From: a bacterium UBP11_UBA4055
Lineage (GTDB): Bacteria; UBA4055
Direction of reading: 5' to 3'
Length of the DNA: 64,000 nucleotides
NCBI GenBank assembly: GCA_002382735.1
Contig: DFZN01000039.1
Location: forward strand, 24,548 to 88,547
Positions 48,130 to 59,100 of this stretch are shown one piece after another (the stretch's first letter is position 1; each line of letters opens with the position of its first letter). The notes under the pieces are model-generated. The model searched no databases, was not told the DNA's origin, and saw only the letters and a list, made by a program, of their open reading frames with translations. The translations under genes and the position numbers were made by a program.

Positions 48130-50604
48130 TTGAAGAATTTCCCAGATATAATATCGATCTTAAACACGAAGGATATTTTCAGCAATTCTCATGATGCTTT
48201 TATCATTTCGGATTCTGATAAGATCATAAGATTTGTAAACAAATCAGCTCTGAAAATGTTCGGATATTCAGAAGAAGAACTTATCGGGCAAAGTATTCAT
48301 TCTCTCATGTCGGATGAGAGATCTGTCAATTATGATAAGCAGATGCAGGAGGTCCTTTCGGGAAAGGTGGTCTCCAACATTGACACGGGAGAAGATCTGC
48401 GAGGCAAAAGGAAGAACGGAGAAATATTTTCTATAGAACTTACTTATGTGAGCTCTAAATCCGGAAAAGATAATTATTTCATTTCTCAGATAAGAGACAT
48501 TTCCGAAAGAAAGTTCAGAGAAAAAGAATTACAGGTGATCTCGAACGCATTAAAGGTTATTACTGAAAGCAACAGGCTTCTTATAAGATCTGAAGACGAA
48601 AGATCGTACCTTCAGGGTATATGCGAAATAATAACAGGCATAGGCGGTTACTCAAAATCACTTATTCTTCTGGTTGAAGAAAAAAATGATGATAAAATTC
48701 TATTCCCTGCCGCATTTTCAGGCTACGAACCTGATTCTGACATAAAAGAACCTATCAGTTTTTCTGCAATTAAAAACAGCGGAAGTCCTACAAGGATAGC
48801 TATAGAGGAAAAAAGAACCTATTCATGCAGGAATATCAAAGCTCGCGGACTGTGGAAATACTGGAAGAACAATCCTGATGAAATGGAATTTGATTCTACG
48901 GTTTCAGTGCCTATGATGGTTAAAGATCAAGTTGTCGGATTACTTAGAGTATATTCTTATGATCCTTTTGCCTTTGATGGTCATGAGGTTGAGCTCTTTG
49001 AAGAGCTTGCCGAAGATATTTCTCACGGTATTACGGTTTTGAGAGAAAGAAAAGAACTTGAAACCACTTTGAGACTTCTTGAAGAATCCGAGAATAAATA
49101 CAAAAACCTTTATGATAACAGCAGCGATGCGGTTATCTTGGCAGATGCTGATACGGGAATAATAATTGATGCCAATAGAAAAGCCGAAGATATCTTAAAA
49201 ATTAATCCAGACGAGTTAAGAGGAATAAATCTGTCTGAAATTCATGCGGAAGGTTATGAAGAAAAATACAGAAAACTTCTGGACGATCTTCAAAATCTCA
49301 ATAAATGCGCAAGTGACGAATTTTATTTAAAAATCGGAAGCGCAGAGGGAAAAGCCGTACCCGTTCATGTTAGCATTGATCATGTTTATATAAACGAGCG
49401 GAAAATTATTCAGAGCATTTTTCGAAATATCTCGGTACAAAAAGCAGAGGAAGAAAAAATCCGCAACATACAGAAGATGGAAGCACTCGGCACCTTGTCA
49501 GGCGGAATTGCTCATGATATTAACAATATACTTTCCCCTATTATCGGATTTACACAGATAGCTCTTCTTGAATCTGATAACAGAGAAAAGCAGATGAACT
49601 GCCTGAATGAAGTACTGACCGCAGCAGGAAGAGCAAAAGAACTTGTTTCGCAGATACTCACTTTCTGCAGGAAAAACGAAACGGATAAAAAGCCGGTCAA
49701 AATTCACGGTATTCTAGAGGAAGTAATAAAATTAATATCTTCCTCTGCGCCTGATAATGTAACACTTGAGACAGCGATAGACGAGAACTGCGGGCACATC
49801 ATGTGCGACCCTATCCAGATATATCAGGTAGTAATAAATCTTTGTACGAACGCTTTTCATGCAATGAAAGAAACCGGTGGCGTGCTCAAAATCTGCCTGG
49901 TCAGGAAAGGATCCCCTGAGATAAAGATCGAAAAAAACGAGGCTGTACCTTTTGACGACTATATTTGCCTGATAGTTTCCGATACGGGATCAGGAATGAG
50001 TAAAACCATTCTGAACAGAATATTCGAGCCCTATTTTACGACAAAACCCAAAGGAGAAGGTACTGGTCTGGGTCTTTCGGTTGTCTCGGGGATAGTAAAA
50101 GAGCACGGCGGAGAGATCTATGTCAGGACATATCCGAATGAAGGTACATACTTTATGATCTCTTTCCCTTTGGCTGTAATTGAACCGGAAAAGAAACCTG
50201 ACAGGTTAAAAAAGGACGATAGATCGAAAAAACTTCGGATACTCGTCGTCGATGACGAACCTCAGATAACTTTCATGCTAAAATTCATGCTGGAAGAATT
50301 AGGGTACATCGCTGAAGACTTTAACGATCCAAAAAAAGCTCTTGAGACTTTTATATCCGAACCTTATAAATTCGATCTGCTCATCACAGACCAGTCGATG
50401 CCCGGAATTGAAGGGACAGAACTCTCCGAAAGATTTCTTGCGGTAAGACCCGATTTTCCTATCATCCTGAATACCGGCTACAGTCCGGTAATTTCCAAAA
50501 AAGAAGCTCTTAAATTGGGAATAAGAGAATTTATGATGAAGCCTATAACGATCTCAGATCTTTCGATCATGATAGAAAGAACTATGAAAAATAAGAATAG
50601 CTGA
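48130..50604 (+). CDS. Hybrid sensor histidine kinase with PAS, GAF and PAS sensor domains, a HisKA/HATPase core and a C-terminal receiver domain
   Basis: H-box HDINNILSPIIG. HATPase G-boxes DTGSGM and GTGLGLSV. The receiver domain is ILVVDDEP…DLLITDQSMPG. A TTG start at 48130 is proposed because the track start at 47881 overlaps the protease gene and the terminator. The exact start is uncertain. Confidence 0.75.
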   Translation: MKNFPDIISILNTKDIFSNSHDAFIISDSDKIIRFVNKSALKMFGYSEEELIGQSIHSLMSDERSVNYDKQMQEVLSGKVVSNIDTGEDLRGKRKNGEIFSIELTYVSSKSGKDNYFISQIRDISERKFREKELQVISNALKVITESNRLLIRSEDERSYLQGICEIITGIGGYSKSLILLVEEKNDDKILFPAAFSGYEPDSDIKEPISFSAIKNSGSPTRIAIEEKRTYSCRNIKARGLWKYWKNNPDEMEFDSTVSVPMMVKDQVVGLLRVYSYDPFAFDGHEVELFEELAEDISHGITVLRERKELETTLRLLEESENKYKNLYDNSSDAVILADADTGIIIDANRKAEDILKINPDELRGINLSEIHAEGYEEKYRKLLDDLQNLNKCASDEFYLKIGSAEGKAVPVHVSIDHVYINERKIIQSIFRNISVQKAEEEKIRNIQKMEALGTLSGGIAHDINNILSPIIGFTQIALLESDNREKQMNCLNEVLTAAGRAKELVSQILTFCRKNETDKKPVKIHGILEEVIKLISSSAPDNVTLETAIDENCGHIMCDPIQIYQVVINLCTNAFHAMKETGGVLKICLVRKGSPEIKIEKNEAVPFDDYICLIVSDTGSGMSKTILNRIFEPYFTTKPKGEGTGLGLSVVSGIVKEHGGEIYVRTYPNEGTYFMISFPLAVIEPEKKPDRLKKDDRSKKLRILVVDDEPQITFMLKFMLEELGYIAEDFNDPKKALETFISEPYKFDLLITDQSMPGIEGTELSERFLAVRPDFPIILNTGYSPVISKKEALKLGIREFMMKPITISDLSIMIERTMKNKNS

Positions 50605-50625
50605 TATTTAATATAAGGAAACAAA

Positions 50626-52107
50626 ATGAACGAAAAGATGAGAAAAACGATACTTGAGAACATCTCGAGATCGGTCGTGAAAAAAGCCGAATATGTTGAC
50701 GCCAGGCTCGTGACGGAGGACTATTCAGAATCTGTCTTCCTCTACGACGGTAATCTGGAGGCCAACGATACGACATTCGAGAACGGCATCGGCGTGAGAA
50801 CGCTTTACAATGGAGCATGGGGGTTTGCGGCTACGAGCGACCTGTCGAAGATCAAAGAATGCTTTGAGCTTTCTTTCAAAAACGCCAAAACAGCTTCGGA
50901 ACTTGTCAACATTTCCATAACGATGGGCAAAAAGCAGAAAGGTTTTACCGCAAGTTACGAATCCCCCGCAAAGCAGGATCCTTTCAAAGTCAGCCTGAAA
51001 GAAAAGATCGAATTCTTGAAAGATATCGACTCAAATCTAAAGGAAGACTGGATTTTCAAAAGGTACATTTCAGCTACTTTCCAGAAAAAGAACCAGTACT
51101 TTTTTAACAGCGAAGGTACCGAGATCGATAGAAAACTGACGGATGTGTTCGCAACAATGATGGTTATGGGATTAGATAACGAAGGCCAGATGCAGAGAAG
51201 GAGTCACGAACTTTTCACGAAAGGCGACGGTACGAGAGGCTGGGAATTGCTTGTTGACCCAAAGCTATTCACTTCGCATACCGTAAGGATAAAAGAAGAG
51301 CTTGCAGAACTGCTCAAAGCTGAATCACTGAAACACGGTAAAAGATCCGTGATCCTTTTACCCGGGCAGGGCTGGCTTCAGGTCCATGAGACGATCGGGC
51401 ATCCGCTCGAGCTTGACAGAATACTCGGCTATGAACTTTCCTTCGCAGGCGGATCTTTTGTGAACCTCGACTCGTTCGGCAAGCTGAAATACGGATCAGA
51501 CAAGCTCAATGTGAGCGCTTACGGAGGATTCCCGAACTCTCCCGGCTCATTCGGCTTTGATGATGACGGCAGCCCTGAAAGAGACTACCTGATGATCGAC
51601 AAAGGTCTTCTCGTCAACTGCCTGACATCAAGAGCTATGATCAATGAAGCGAATGAGAGAGCCGGAAGAAAGATTTTCAAGGATATCGGCGGCGCTTCGA
51701 GAGCGACCGCTTTCTACAGGGCTCCGATCGACAGGATGACCAATGTGAACATTCTGCCCGGTAATGACGGCAAACTTAAGGACATCATAGCTTCAACGGA
51801 AGACGGTATCGTAGTTGATAACCCTACATCGTGGTCGATCGGCTCGAACAGGGAACATTTCCATTTCGGCTGCGAGATCGCGTGGGAAGTCAAGAACGGC
51901 AAGAAGATTAGAGTGCTCAAAAACCCGACATATCAGGGACACACGACAGAGTTCTACAATTCGCTGACAGCCGTCGGCGACAAGTCCACATGGGTTGTGG
52001 GTCAGGTCGATTCATGCGGTAAAGGCGAACCGAACCAGGTCATGGAGCTCGGACACGGCGTGCCTGTACTTAAGTTCGATAATGTAATCACAGGAGAGAG
52101 GAAATAA
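50626..52107 (+). CDS. tldD: TldD-family metallopeptidase
   Basis: The HExxxH motif lies in VHETIGHPLELD. The C-terminus has the GxC motif (VDSCGKG). Length is 493 aa. Confidence 0.85.
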   Translation: MNEKMRKTILENISRSVVKKAEYVDARLVTEDYSESVFLYDGNLEANDTTFENGIGVRTLYNGAWGFAATSDLSKIKECFELSFKNAKTASELVNISITMGKKQKGFTASYESPAKQDPFKVSLKEKIEFLKDIDSNLKEDWIFKRYISATFQKKNQYFFNSEGTEIDRKLTDVFATMMVMGLDNEGQMQRRSHELFTKGDGTRGWELLVDPKLFTSHTVRIKEELAELLKAESLKHGKRSVILLPGQGWLQVHETIGHPLELDRILGYELSFAGGSFVNLDSFGKLKYGSDKLNVSAYGGFPNSPGSFGFDDDGSPERDYLMIDKGLLVNCLTSRAMINEANERAGRKIFKDIGGASRATAFYRAPIDRMTNVNILPGNDGKLKDIIASTEDGIVVDNPTSWSIGSNREHFHFGCEIAWEVKNGKKIRVLKNPTYQGHTTEFYNSLTAVGDKSTWVVGQVDSCGKGEPNQVMELGHGVPVLKFDNVITGERK

Positions 52108-52109
52108 TT

Positions 52110-53489
52110 ATGATATCAGCTAAAATAAAGAAAATATTCGAAGAGGCAAGAAAAGAAGCTCTCAAACAGAAAGTTCAGGCTAATCTTTCATATCACAGCG
52201 AAAAAAGCCACCTGATGCGTATCGGGAACAACTCGGTATCTTTGAACACTTCCGAAAACCTTACAAGGCTTGATATCAGCGTCACTATCGGCAGAAAGCA
52301 GGGAACTCACACTCAAATGGGCGAGATATCATCTGCAAAGTACATAATTGACGCATTGAAAATTGCTATCGACAAGGCTAATAATTCCCTCGATCTCGAT
52401 TTTACTCCGCTTAAAGAAATCGTCGAAGAAAATTTTGTTCAGACCGATCAGTTCGACAAAAAACTTGAGGACCTTGATCCTGCTTTTAAGATGGAAGCCT
52501 ATAAAAAGATCATCGAAACAGTCGGGCAGCAGTACAACTATTCAGGTTCATGGTCAAGCGGAAGCACTGAGCACTTCTTCATGACGACCGAGAACGAAAA
52601 TTCGGCATATCATCTTGTGACCGACCAGCTTTTCAATATAGTCTTAAAACACCCCGATAAAAAATGGGAGCTCAGCTCGACTCAAACCGGCTGGAAAAAA
52701 TCTGATTTCAAAGCGGCAAAGACGATCAAAGAATTCCAGAAACTTCTTCCCGTTTATGAAAACCACAAAGGCTTTAAGGTAAAGACCTGTAAATATACAG
52801 TCGTTCTCGGATCGGCCGCTATAGCTGAAGTGATGGAAATGGCTCTATGGACAGGATTTTACGGAAGGACTTATGAGGAAAAAAGGGCTTGGACTTCCAA
52901 AAACAAGGCCGGAGACAAGATCTTAGGTTCGAATATTACTTTAATGGACGATCCCTCAAATCCCGATACTTTCAGATTCAGTTTCGATATGAGCGGAAAG
53001 AAGAGAAAGAAATTCGTGCTGTGCAAGGACGGAAAGCTTAAGAATATAATGTATGACTCCCAGACTGCAGCAATGTATAAAAAGAAACCGACGGGCCACA
53101 ATATCGGCGGTACAAGTATAGTTTTAGCTACAGGAAAAGGCGAAGGAGATAAGTCTCTGCTGAAAGCTGTTAAAGATATGGGAACTGTCCTCTACATTCC
53201 CGCTCTGCACTACATAAATCTTCCTAATGCAAGCAAAGGTATTTTTACAGGAAGTTCAAGGTTCAACGCTGTGCTTATAAAGAACGGTAAGATCGTCAGC
53301 CCGATCTTCTCTTCGAGGATCACGGACAATTTCCAGTCGGTTTTCGGAAATGTAAAGGTGATCTCTTCTGAATCTGTTTCGTTCAACGGATCGAACACTT
53401 ACGGCAGAAGAAGCCCTGTCGCAATATCCGTTCCGTCATACATGGTGTGCGAAAAAGTTAAGATAACCGACTGCGCAGATTCGTTCTAG
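52110..53489 (+). CDS. pmbA: PmbA/TldE-family peptidase partner of TldD
   Basis: 459 aa. It shows TldD/PmbA fold similarity and sits directly downstream of tldD. Confidence 0.7.
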   Translation: MISAKIKKIFEEARKEALKQKVQANLSYHSEKSHLMRIGNNSVSLNTSENLTRLDISVTIGRKQGTHTQMGEISSAKYIIDALKIAIDKANNSLDLDFTPLKEIVEENFVQTDQFDKKLEDLDPAFKMEAYKKIIETVGQQYNYSGSWSSGSTEHFFMTTENENSAYHLVTDQLFNIVLKHPDKKWELSSTQTGWKKSDFKAAKTIKEFQKLLPVYENHKGFKVKTCKYTVVLGSAAIAEVMEMALWTGFYGRTYEEKRAWTSKNKAGDKILGSNITLMDDPSNPDTFRFSFDMSGKKRKKFVLCKDGKLKNIMYDSQTAAMYKKKPTGHNIGGTSIVLATGKGEGDKSLLKAVKDMGTVLYIPALHYINLPNASKGIFTGSSRFNAVLIKNGKIVSPIFSSRITDNFQSVFGNVKVISSESVSFNGSNTYGRRSPVAISVPSYMVCEKVKITDCADSF

Positions 53490-53511
53490 ACGGAATTTAA
53501 ATAATAGACTA

Positions 53512-53550
53512 AAATGAAAAGGGCGGAAATTTTTCCGCCCTTTTACTTTG
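53512..53550. terminator. Bidirectional rho-independent terminator between pmbA and leuS
   Basis: Stem gggcggaaa / tttccgccc, flanked by an A-run and T-runs. Confidence 0.8.
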
Positions 53551-53563
53551 TTTTATGCCCATG

Positions 53564-56023
53564 TTATTTCACTACCAGATTGACCATCTTGCCTGTCTTG
53601 GAGTTAATCTGGATCGTCTTGATAAGCTGCTTTCCGTCCGAGAACTGCTTGGTTTTTTCATCAGTAAATACAAGTTCTTTGACCTGTTCGTCTGAAAAAT
53701 CGGCCGGTGCGGTAATGTTTGATCTGACTTTCCCGTTGACCTGAACGGTTATGACCTGAGTTTTTTTCACAAGAGCCGCTTCATCGTAAGTTGGCCATGC
53801 AACATTGAAGATCGAAGGCTTATTACCCATGATCTCCCACATTTCTTCGGTAATGTGAGGTATGAACGGATGAAGCATTATCACGAATTTTTCGACTACT
53901 TCGTTATAGAAATCGGAATTGAACCTTTTTTCGTCTTTCATATAATCGGATATATCGTTGAAAAGCTCCATCATCCTCGCGATCGAAGTGTTGAAGAAAA
54001 AGTCCTCAACCCCCGCAGTCACTTCTTTGATCGTATAGTTGAGCCTGTAGTTCAGATCGTTATCTATTACTTTTGTGCCTGAATTCTCAAATTTACTATC
54101 ATTGATCAGCCTCCATATCCTGCTTACGAACCTGTCCACTCCGGCAATCCCGTCATCCGACCAGTCTCCCCCGTCCCTGTAGTTTGTCATGAACATCATA
54201 TACATCCTGAAAACATCTGTGCCGTACTGATCAACGAATTCGTCCGGAGATACGACATTACCTTTGCTTTTGGACATTTTACCGCCGTCTCTTGTGATCA
54301 TGCCCTGATGAACGACCTTGTAGAACGGTTCATCGAATGTCAGGTAACCGAGATCGTAAAGTGCTTTAGTCACGAACCTTGAGTAGATCATGTGGCCGTT
54401 CACATGCTCCGTTCCGCCTATGTATGTATCGACTGGAAGCCATTTTGCCAGTTCTTCCTTGTCGAACGGTTTATCGTCCAACTCGGTATTCACATATCTG
54501 AGATAATACCAGCTCGAGCAGACGAAAGTATCCATGGTCTCGGCATCGCGCTTTGCAGGTCCGCCACATTCCGGGCATGTAGTGTTTATGTAGGAATGGA
54601 CGAGCGATAAAGGCGCGTGCCCTTTGGGCTTGATGTCGATGCTTTTATCGAGCGGTAGCAGAACCGGAAGGTCTTTTTCCGGCACGGGCACGGTACCGCA
54701 CTTGCCGCAGTAAATTATCGGGATCGGAACGCCCCAGTATCTCTGCCTCGAGACTGACCAGTCGCGCAGCCTGTATGTCACATGGCTTCTGCCTGAACCG
54801 TTTTTTTCGAGCTTATCGATCACCTTTTTTATCCCTATCCCCGACGGCGTTCCGTCAAATTCCGCAGAATTCACCATGATGCCTTCTTCGGTATAAGCTT
54901 CTGTCATAGTTTCAGCATCAAGCTCTTTTCCCTCCGGCTGAATTACGACCTTGATCGGTATGTTGAATTTCTTCGCGAACTCAAAATCTCTCGTATCGTG
55001 CGCAGGAACAGCCATAACTGCTCCCGTTCCGTAGGAAATCAGAACATAGTCAGATATCCAGATAGGTATTTCCGCGCCGTTGACGGGATTGACCGCATAA
55101 GCTCCGGTCCAGACGCCTGTTTTTTCTTTGACTGTCGATTGCCTGTCGATATCTGAAAGTGATTTGATCGAATCAATATATTTCTGAACCTCTTCCCTCT
55201 GAGTGTCCGAAACGATCTCCGACAAAATCGGCGATTCAGGCGCAAGCGTGCAGTAGGTCGCTCCATAAAGCGTGTCCGGCCTTGTAGTGAAAACATCGAA
55301 TGATTTATCGGTCTTGGCGACCTTGAAAGTGATCACGGCACCTTCCGATCTTCCTATCCAGTTTGTCTGCATCAGCCTTGTTTTTTCAGGATAAGCTGTT
55401 TTGTCAAGGTCTTTAAGATATCTTTCCGCAAAAGCAGTTGTCTTAAAATACCAGCTCTTGATCGACTTCCTTTCGATCTGAATGCCGCATCTTTCATGCG
55501 TTCCGTCCGCCAACACCTCTGAATTGGCCACAACGGTCGAGCACGATGGACAGTAATTGATAAGTCCGTCAGACTGATATGCAAGCCCGTTCTTATATAA
55601 TGTAATAAAAAGCCACTGAGTCCATTTATAGTATTTGGGATCGCTCGTTTCAAGGTAATGGTCCCAGTCGTACATTCCGCCGAGCGACTTATACTGTTCG
55701 GTAAATTTAGTAATATTTTTTCTCGTAGCCTCATCAGGATGAATGTTATTCTTGAGCGAATAATTTTCCGTAGGCAGACCGAAAGAGTCATAACCCACAG
55801 GTGAAAGCACATTAAAGCCCTTCATCTTCATAAATCTCGAATGTGTGTCGAACGGCCCGTAATTGAACCAGTGCCCCAGGTGAAGTTTATCTCCCGAAGG
55901 GTATGGGAACATGCAGAGGTTGTAATATTTTGGTTTAGGTGAAGACATATCAGTCGAATAGACCTTATTTTCCTCCCAGTATTTTCTCCATTTCTTCTCG
56001 ATCTCTCTAAACGGGTATGACAT
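53564..56023 (-). CDS. leuS: Leucyl-tRNA synthetase
   Basis: HIGH motif PYPSGDKLHLGHW. KMSKS motif GKMSKSKGN. Length is 819 aa. Confidence 0.95.
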   Translation of the reverse strand: MSYPFREIEKKWRKYWEENKVYSTDMSSPKPKYYNLCMFPYPSGDKLHLGHWFNYGPFDTHSRFMKMKGFNVLSPVGYDSFGLPTENYSLKNNIHPDEATRKNITKFTEQYKSLGGMYDWDHYLETSDPKYYKWTQWLFITLYKNGLAYQSDGLINYCPSCSTVVANSEVLADGTHERCGIQIERKSIKSWYFKTTAFAERYLKDLDKTAYPEKTRLMQTNWIGRSEGAVITFKVAKTDKSFDVFTTRPDTLYGATYCTLAPESPILSEIVSDTQREEVQKYIDSIKSLSDIDRQSTVKEKTGVWTGAYAVNPVNGAEIPIWISDYVLISYGTGAVMAVPAHDTRDFEFAKKFNIPIKVVIQPEGKELDAETMTEAYTEEGIMVNSAEFDGTPSGIGIKKVIDKLEKNGSGRSHVTYRLRDWSVSRQRYWGVPIPIIYCGKCGTVPVPEKDLPVLLPLDKSIDIKPKGHAPLSLVHSYINTTCPECGGPAKRDAETMDTFVCSSWYYLRYVNTELDDKPFDKEELAKWLPVDTYIGGTEHVNGHMIYSRFVTKALYDLGYLTFDEPFYKVVHQGMITRDGGKMSKSKGNVVSPDEFVDQYGTDVFRMYMMFMTNYRDGGDWSDDGIAGVDRFVSRIWRLINDSKFENSGTKVIDNDLNYRLNYTIKEVTAGVEDFFFNTSIARMMELFNDISDYMKDEKRFNSDFYNEVVEKFVIMLHPFIPHITEEMWEIMGNKPSIFNVAWPTYDEAALVKKTQVITVQVNGKVRSNITAPADFSDEQVKELVFTDEKTKQFSDGKQLIKTIQINSKTGKMVNLVVK

Positions 56024-56103
56024 TTTTTCTCTCCGGTGTTACTTGCATTTTTAACAGACGCTAAAAATAACAATATTTTTATTTATAGTAAAGTTATTTT
56101 GAC

Positions 56104-56138
56104 AAAAAAAAAGTCCGGACGACGCCGGACTTTTTTTT
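56104..56138. terminator. Rho-independent terminator for the minus-strand T9SS cargo gene
   Basis: Stem agtccgg / ccggact. An A9 run lies upstream and a T8 run downstream. Confidence 0.75.
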
Positions 56139-56154
56139 AATATCAAGGTAAGGT

Positions 56155-59100
56155 TTACTTGATCAGCATCATTTTCTTTGTCTGATTAACTTCACCCGCT
56201 TTTAGAGTGTAGTAATAAACGCCGCTTACCAGATTCGAAGCGTCGAATGATACTTTGTGTGAACCGCTTACCATGTTCTTGTTAACAAGGTCAGCTACCT
56301 TTCTTCCCATTACATCGTAAACAACGAGAGAAACTTTTGCATCTTTTGCAAGATTGAAGTTTATTGTTGTTGCCGGGTTGAACGGGTTAGGATAGTTCTG
56401 TTTAAGTTCAGTAACTGAAGGAACATTATTTTCTTCGATTCCTGAAGTTTCTCCTATAACTGCTCTGAAATGCCAGTTGTCAAGAGCCTGGAGAGTCCAG
56501 TCCCAGCTTGTTCCGTTGTATGAGCCGGTAAATGATCTCTGATAAGCTGTCGTTCCTGTCTCATCAGTAGATTCCATAGTAGAATATACGATCCCGTAAG
56601 GAGCTGTTATTCCGATCCAGAAATCACCGTTCGGTCTTAGACCATAAGGTCTGAGGTCTATTCTTGTCATAGCGCTTGTATTTGTCGGAGACGCTTCTGC
56701 TGTCACATCAAAAGGAACTATCATATCATCTCCGGGAACGCCTGCATTATCTTCCCAGACATGGAATACCATGTCAGCGGAAATATGTGATGCGTCGCAA
56801 TAGTTCCTGATCAGAGCTGTAGTCAGATCTGCGAACCACCATTCACCGCCGATTGATATTTTCTCTGCCCATGCAGCACCGTCAAGTGTCATATAGTAGC
56901 TTACAATACCTGCATCATATATTTTGTGATCACCTGCGAAGTACTTATAAACACCTTTTTCAGACTGATTTCCCCTAGGAGAGAGATCAACAGCTGTAAA
57001 TCTGTAATTAACCTGTGATCCTGCAGCCTGCAGAGGAATTGTGAAACTCCACATATTGCCTGCGCCTGTGTCAGTTCCCAGTACGAACTCTTCAGCCGCA
57101 CCGTCAACAGAATAATCCACTCTAAGACCTGCAACGCCGGATATATCAATTACCTGAATAGCATCGGTATATTCAGCGAGAGCTCCCTCGTAGAATAACG
57201 GAGCATAAGGATCTGCGATTATAGTAGGTCCTGCGTAATCAGCGTTGTATGTGTTCAGAGTTATATCGTCAATGTACATTCCGTTAACTTCATATGCGCT
57301 CGATCCTCCTGCTGTTCCATCAGATATAAAATAGAACCTGAAACTTACCTGATTCTGGCCGACAAATGCGTCCATTGATATTCTTTCCTCGTGCCAGTCA
57401 ACGCCTTCTCCGTCCCATGTAGCAAGAGTAATCCATGTCATTCCATTGTCGCCTGTACCTTGGAAATACATATAATCGAATCCGGCTTCAATATCATACT
57501 TACACCAGAAAGCTATGTCAGCACCATAATATAACGACCAGTCCATCGGATTAGCCCACATTGCAAAAGAGGTGTTACCTACAGTGTAATCGCCGTATGG
57601 ACTTTCAGTAAGAGCATTTGTCGCTGAAGTATAAGTTCCAACTTCCAAACCCCAGTTTCCTGTTACACCCCAGTTACCCAGTCCTGATTCGAAATCTTCA
57701 AATACTTCCTGCTGTCCGTCAAGCCATTGAACCTGATACTGATCAGTTGTCAGGACATTGCCGGCTTCGTCAGCGATTTCAAAATAAACGAATCCGTTGT
57801 CGAATACTTCAGTAGCCTGAGCCGGTATAGTTCCAAGATAAGTATATTCGTGGATCTTAGCCGGTGTAAGTTCGAATTTGTACCATGAACTCTGGTTAGT
57901 TGTGAAATATCCTGTGCAAGAAGTGATAGCTGATTCGTCTTCAAATATAACTTCGAGGTTCATAGGCTCGTTGAGGAAGACAAGTCTGTTATTTACTGAT
58001 TTTATAACAGGCGGGTCAATATCTGTCACGAATTCTATCGGGTAATCGGCTGTTGTAGGTGATACAAGGCCTCCGATGTCTGCCATATCAAAATTAATCG
58101 TTCCTGTTACTGCCGCTGCTTCAGCGGGTATTGTCGCTGTCCAGAGTTCATTGCCTGATTTCGCCTTAGCGAAAGGAAGGTCAACTACAGTTATTCCGCC
58201 GTCAAAAGAATAGTGTCCTATAACTGATGCCACGCCGGAAAGATCGAACACTGTCGCGTTAATGATGAGTTCATTGTTAACATAAGCTCCGATCACAGGC
58301 AGAAGTGCTTCATTACCAACAAGACTTACGATCTCAGGTCCGGAGTAGTCATACTGAACGAGGACATCGTCAACGAACCACTGGTCCATATAATTACCCT
58401 GGTAGTAGAAACCTACCTGAATATCCATTCCTGCGTAAGCAGCAAGGCTTGCAAAGATTTGTTCCCAAGGGCTGTAGTCAGGCTCTTCTTCAGGAGGGAA
58501 ACCCTCATAAAGCACATCGTATGTAGCGCCGCCGTCTGTTGAAACGACCATTCTGTGCAGTTCGTAATAAGAAGTCCAGTACGAGCTCTGCCAGAAAGAA
58601 ACTGTACAGAAGTTTACTGCAGGGATAGTAATTACCGGTGACCATATCCAGTCAGCGTTGTCAAATTCCGTATCCCAGTGGCAGAGAACTGCTTTTCCTG
58701 TGTGAATCAGAGCTCCTTCAGCCGAAGTCGCTTTGACAAATCCTGAACCTACCGTATCAAGAGTCCATCCTGCGGGCGGGAAATCTCCCTCGAAACCCTC
58801 GCTCAAAAGAGGAAGATCTCTTGACCACATAACCTGATATATGTCAGACCATGCTGAGTTAGCCTCGCTATCTTCCATGAAGAATCTTACATTAGCTGTA
58901 GTACCGTCAGGTTGCCCCGGTATTGTTCCTACAAATGTATAGGTTCCCTTAGCCTGAGTGACATCAAAGTTGATCCAGCCGGCACCGATATCATACTGTC
59001 CGAGCATAGGTGAATTAACAGGGCTCTGATCCTGAACTGTAAGTGTTACAGTTGCGTCAAAACCTTCAAAATTCTCAAATCCGGTAATATCTCTCAGAAG

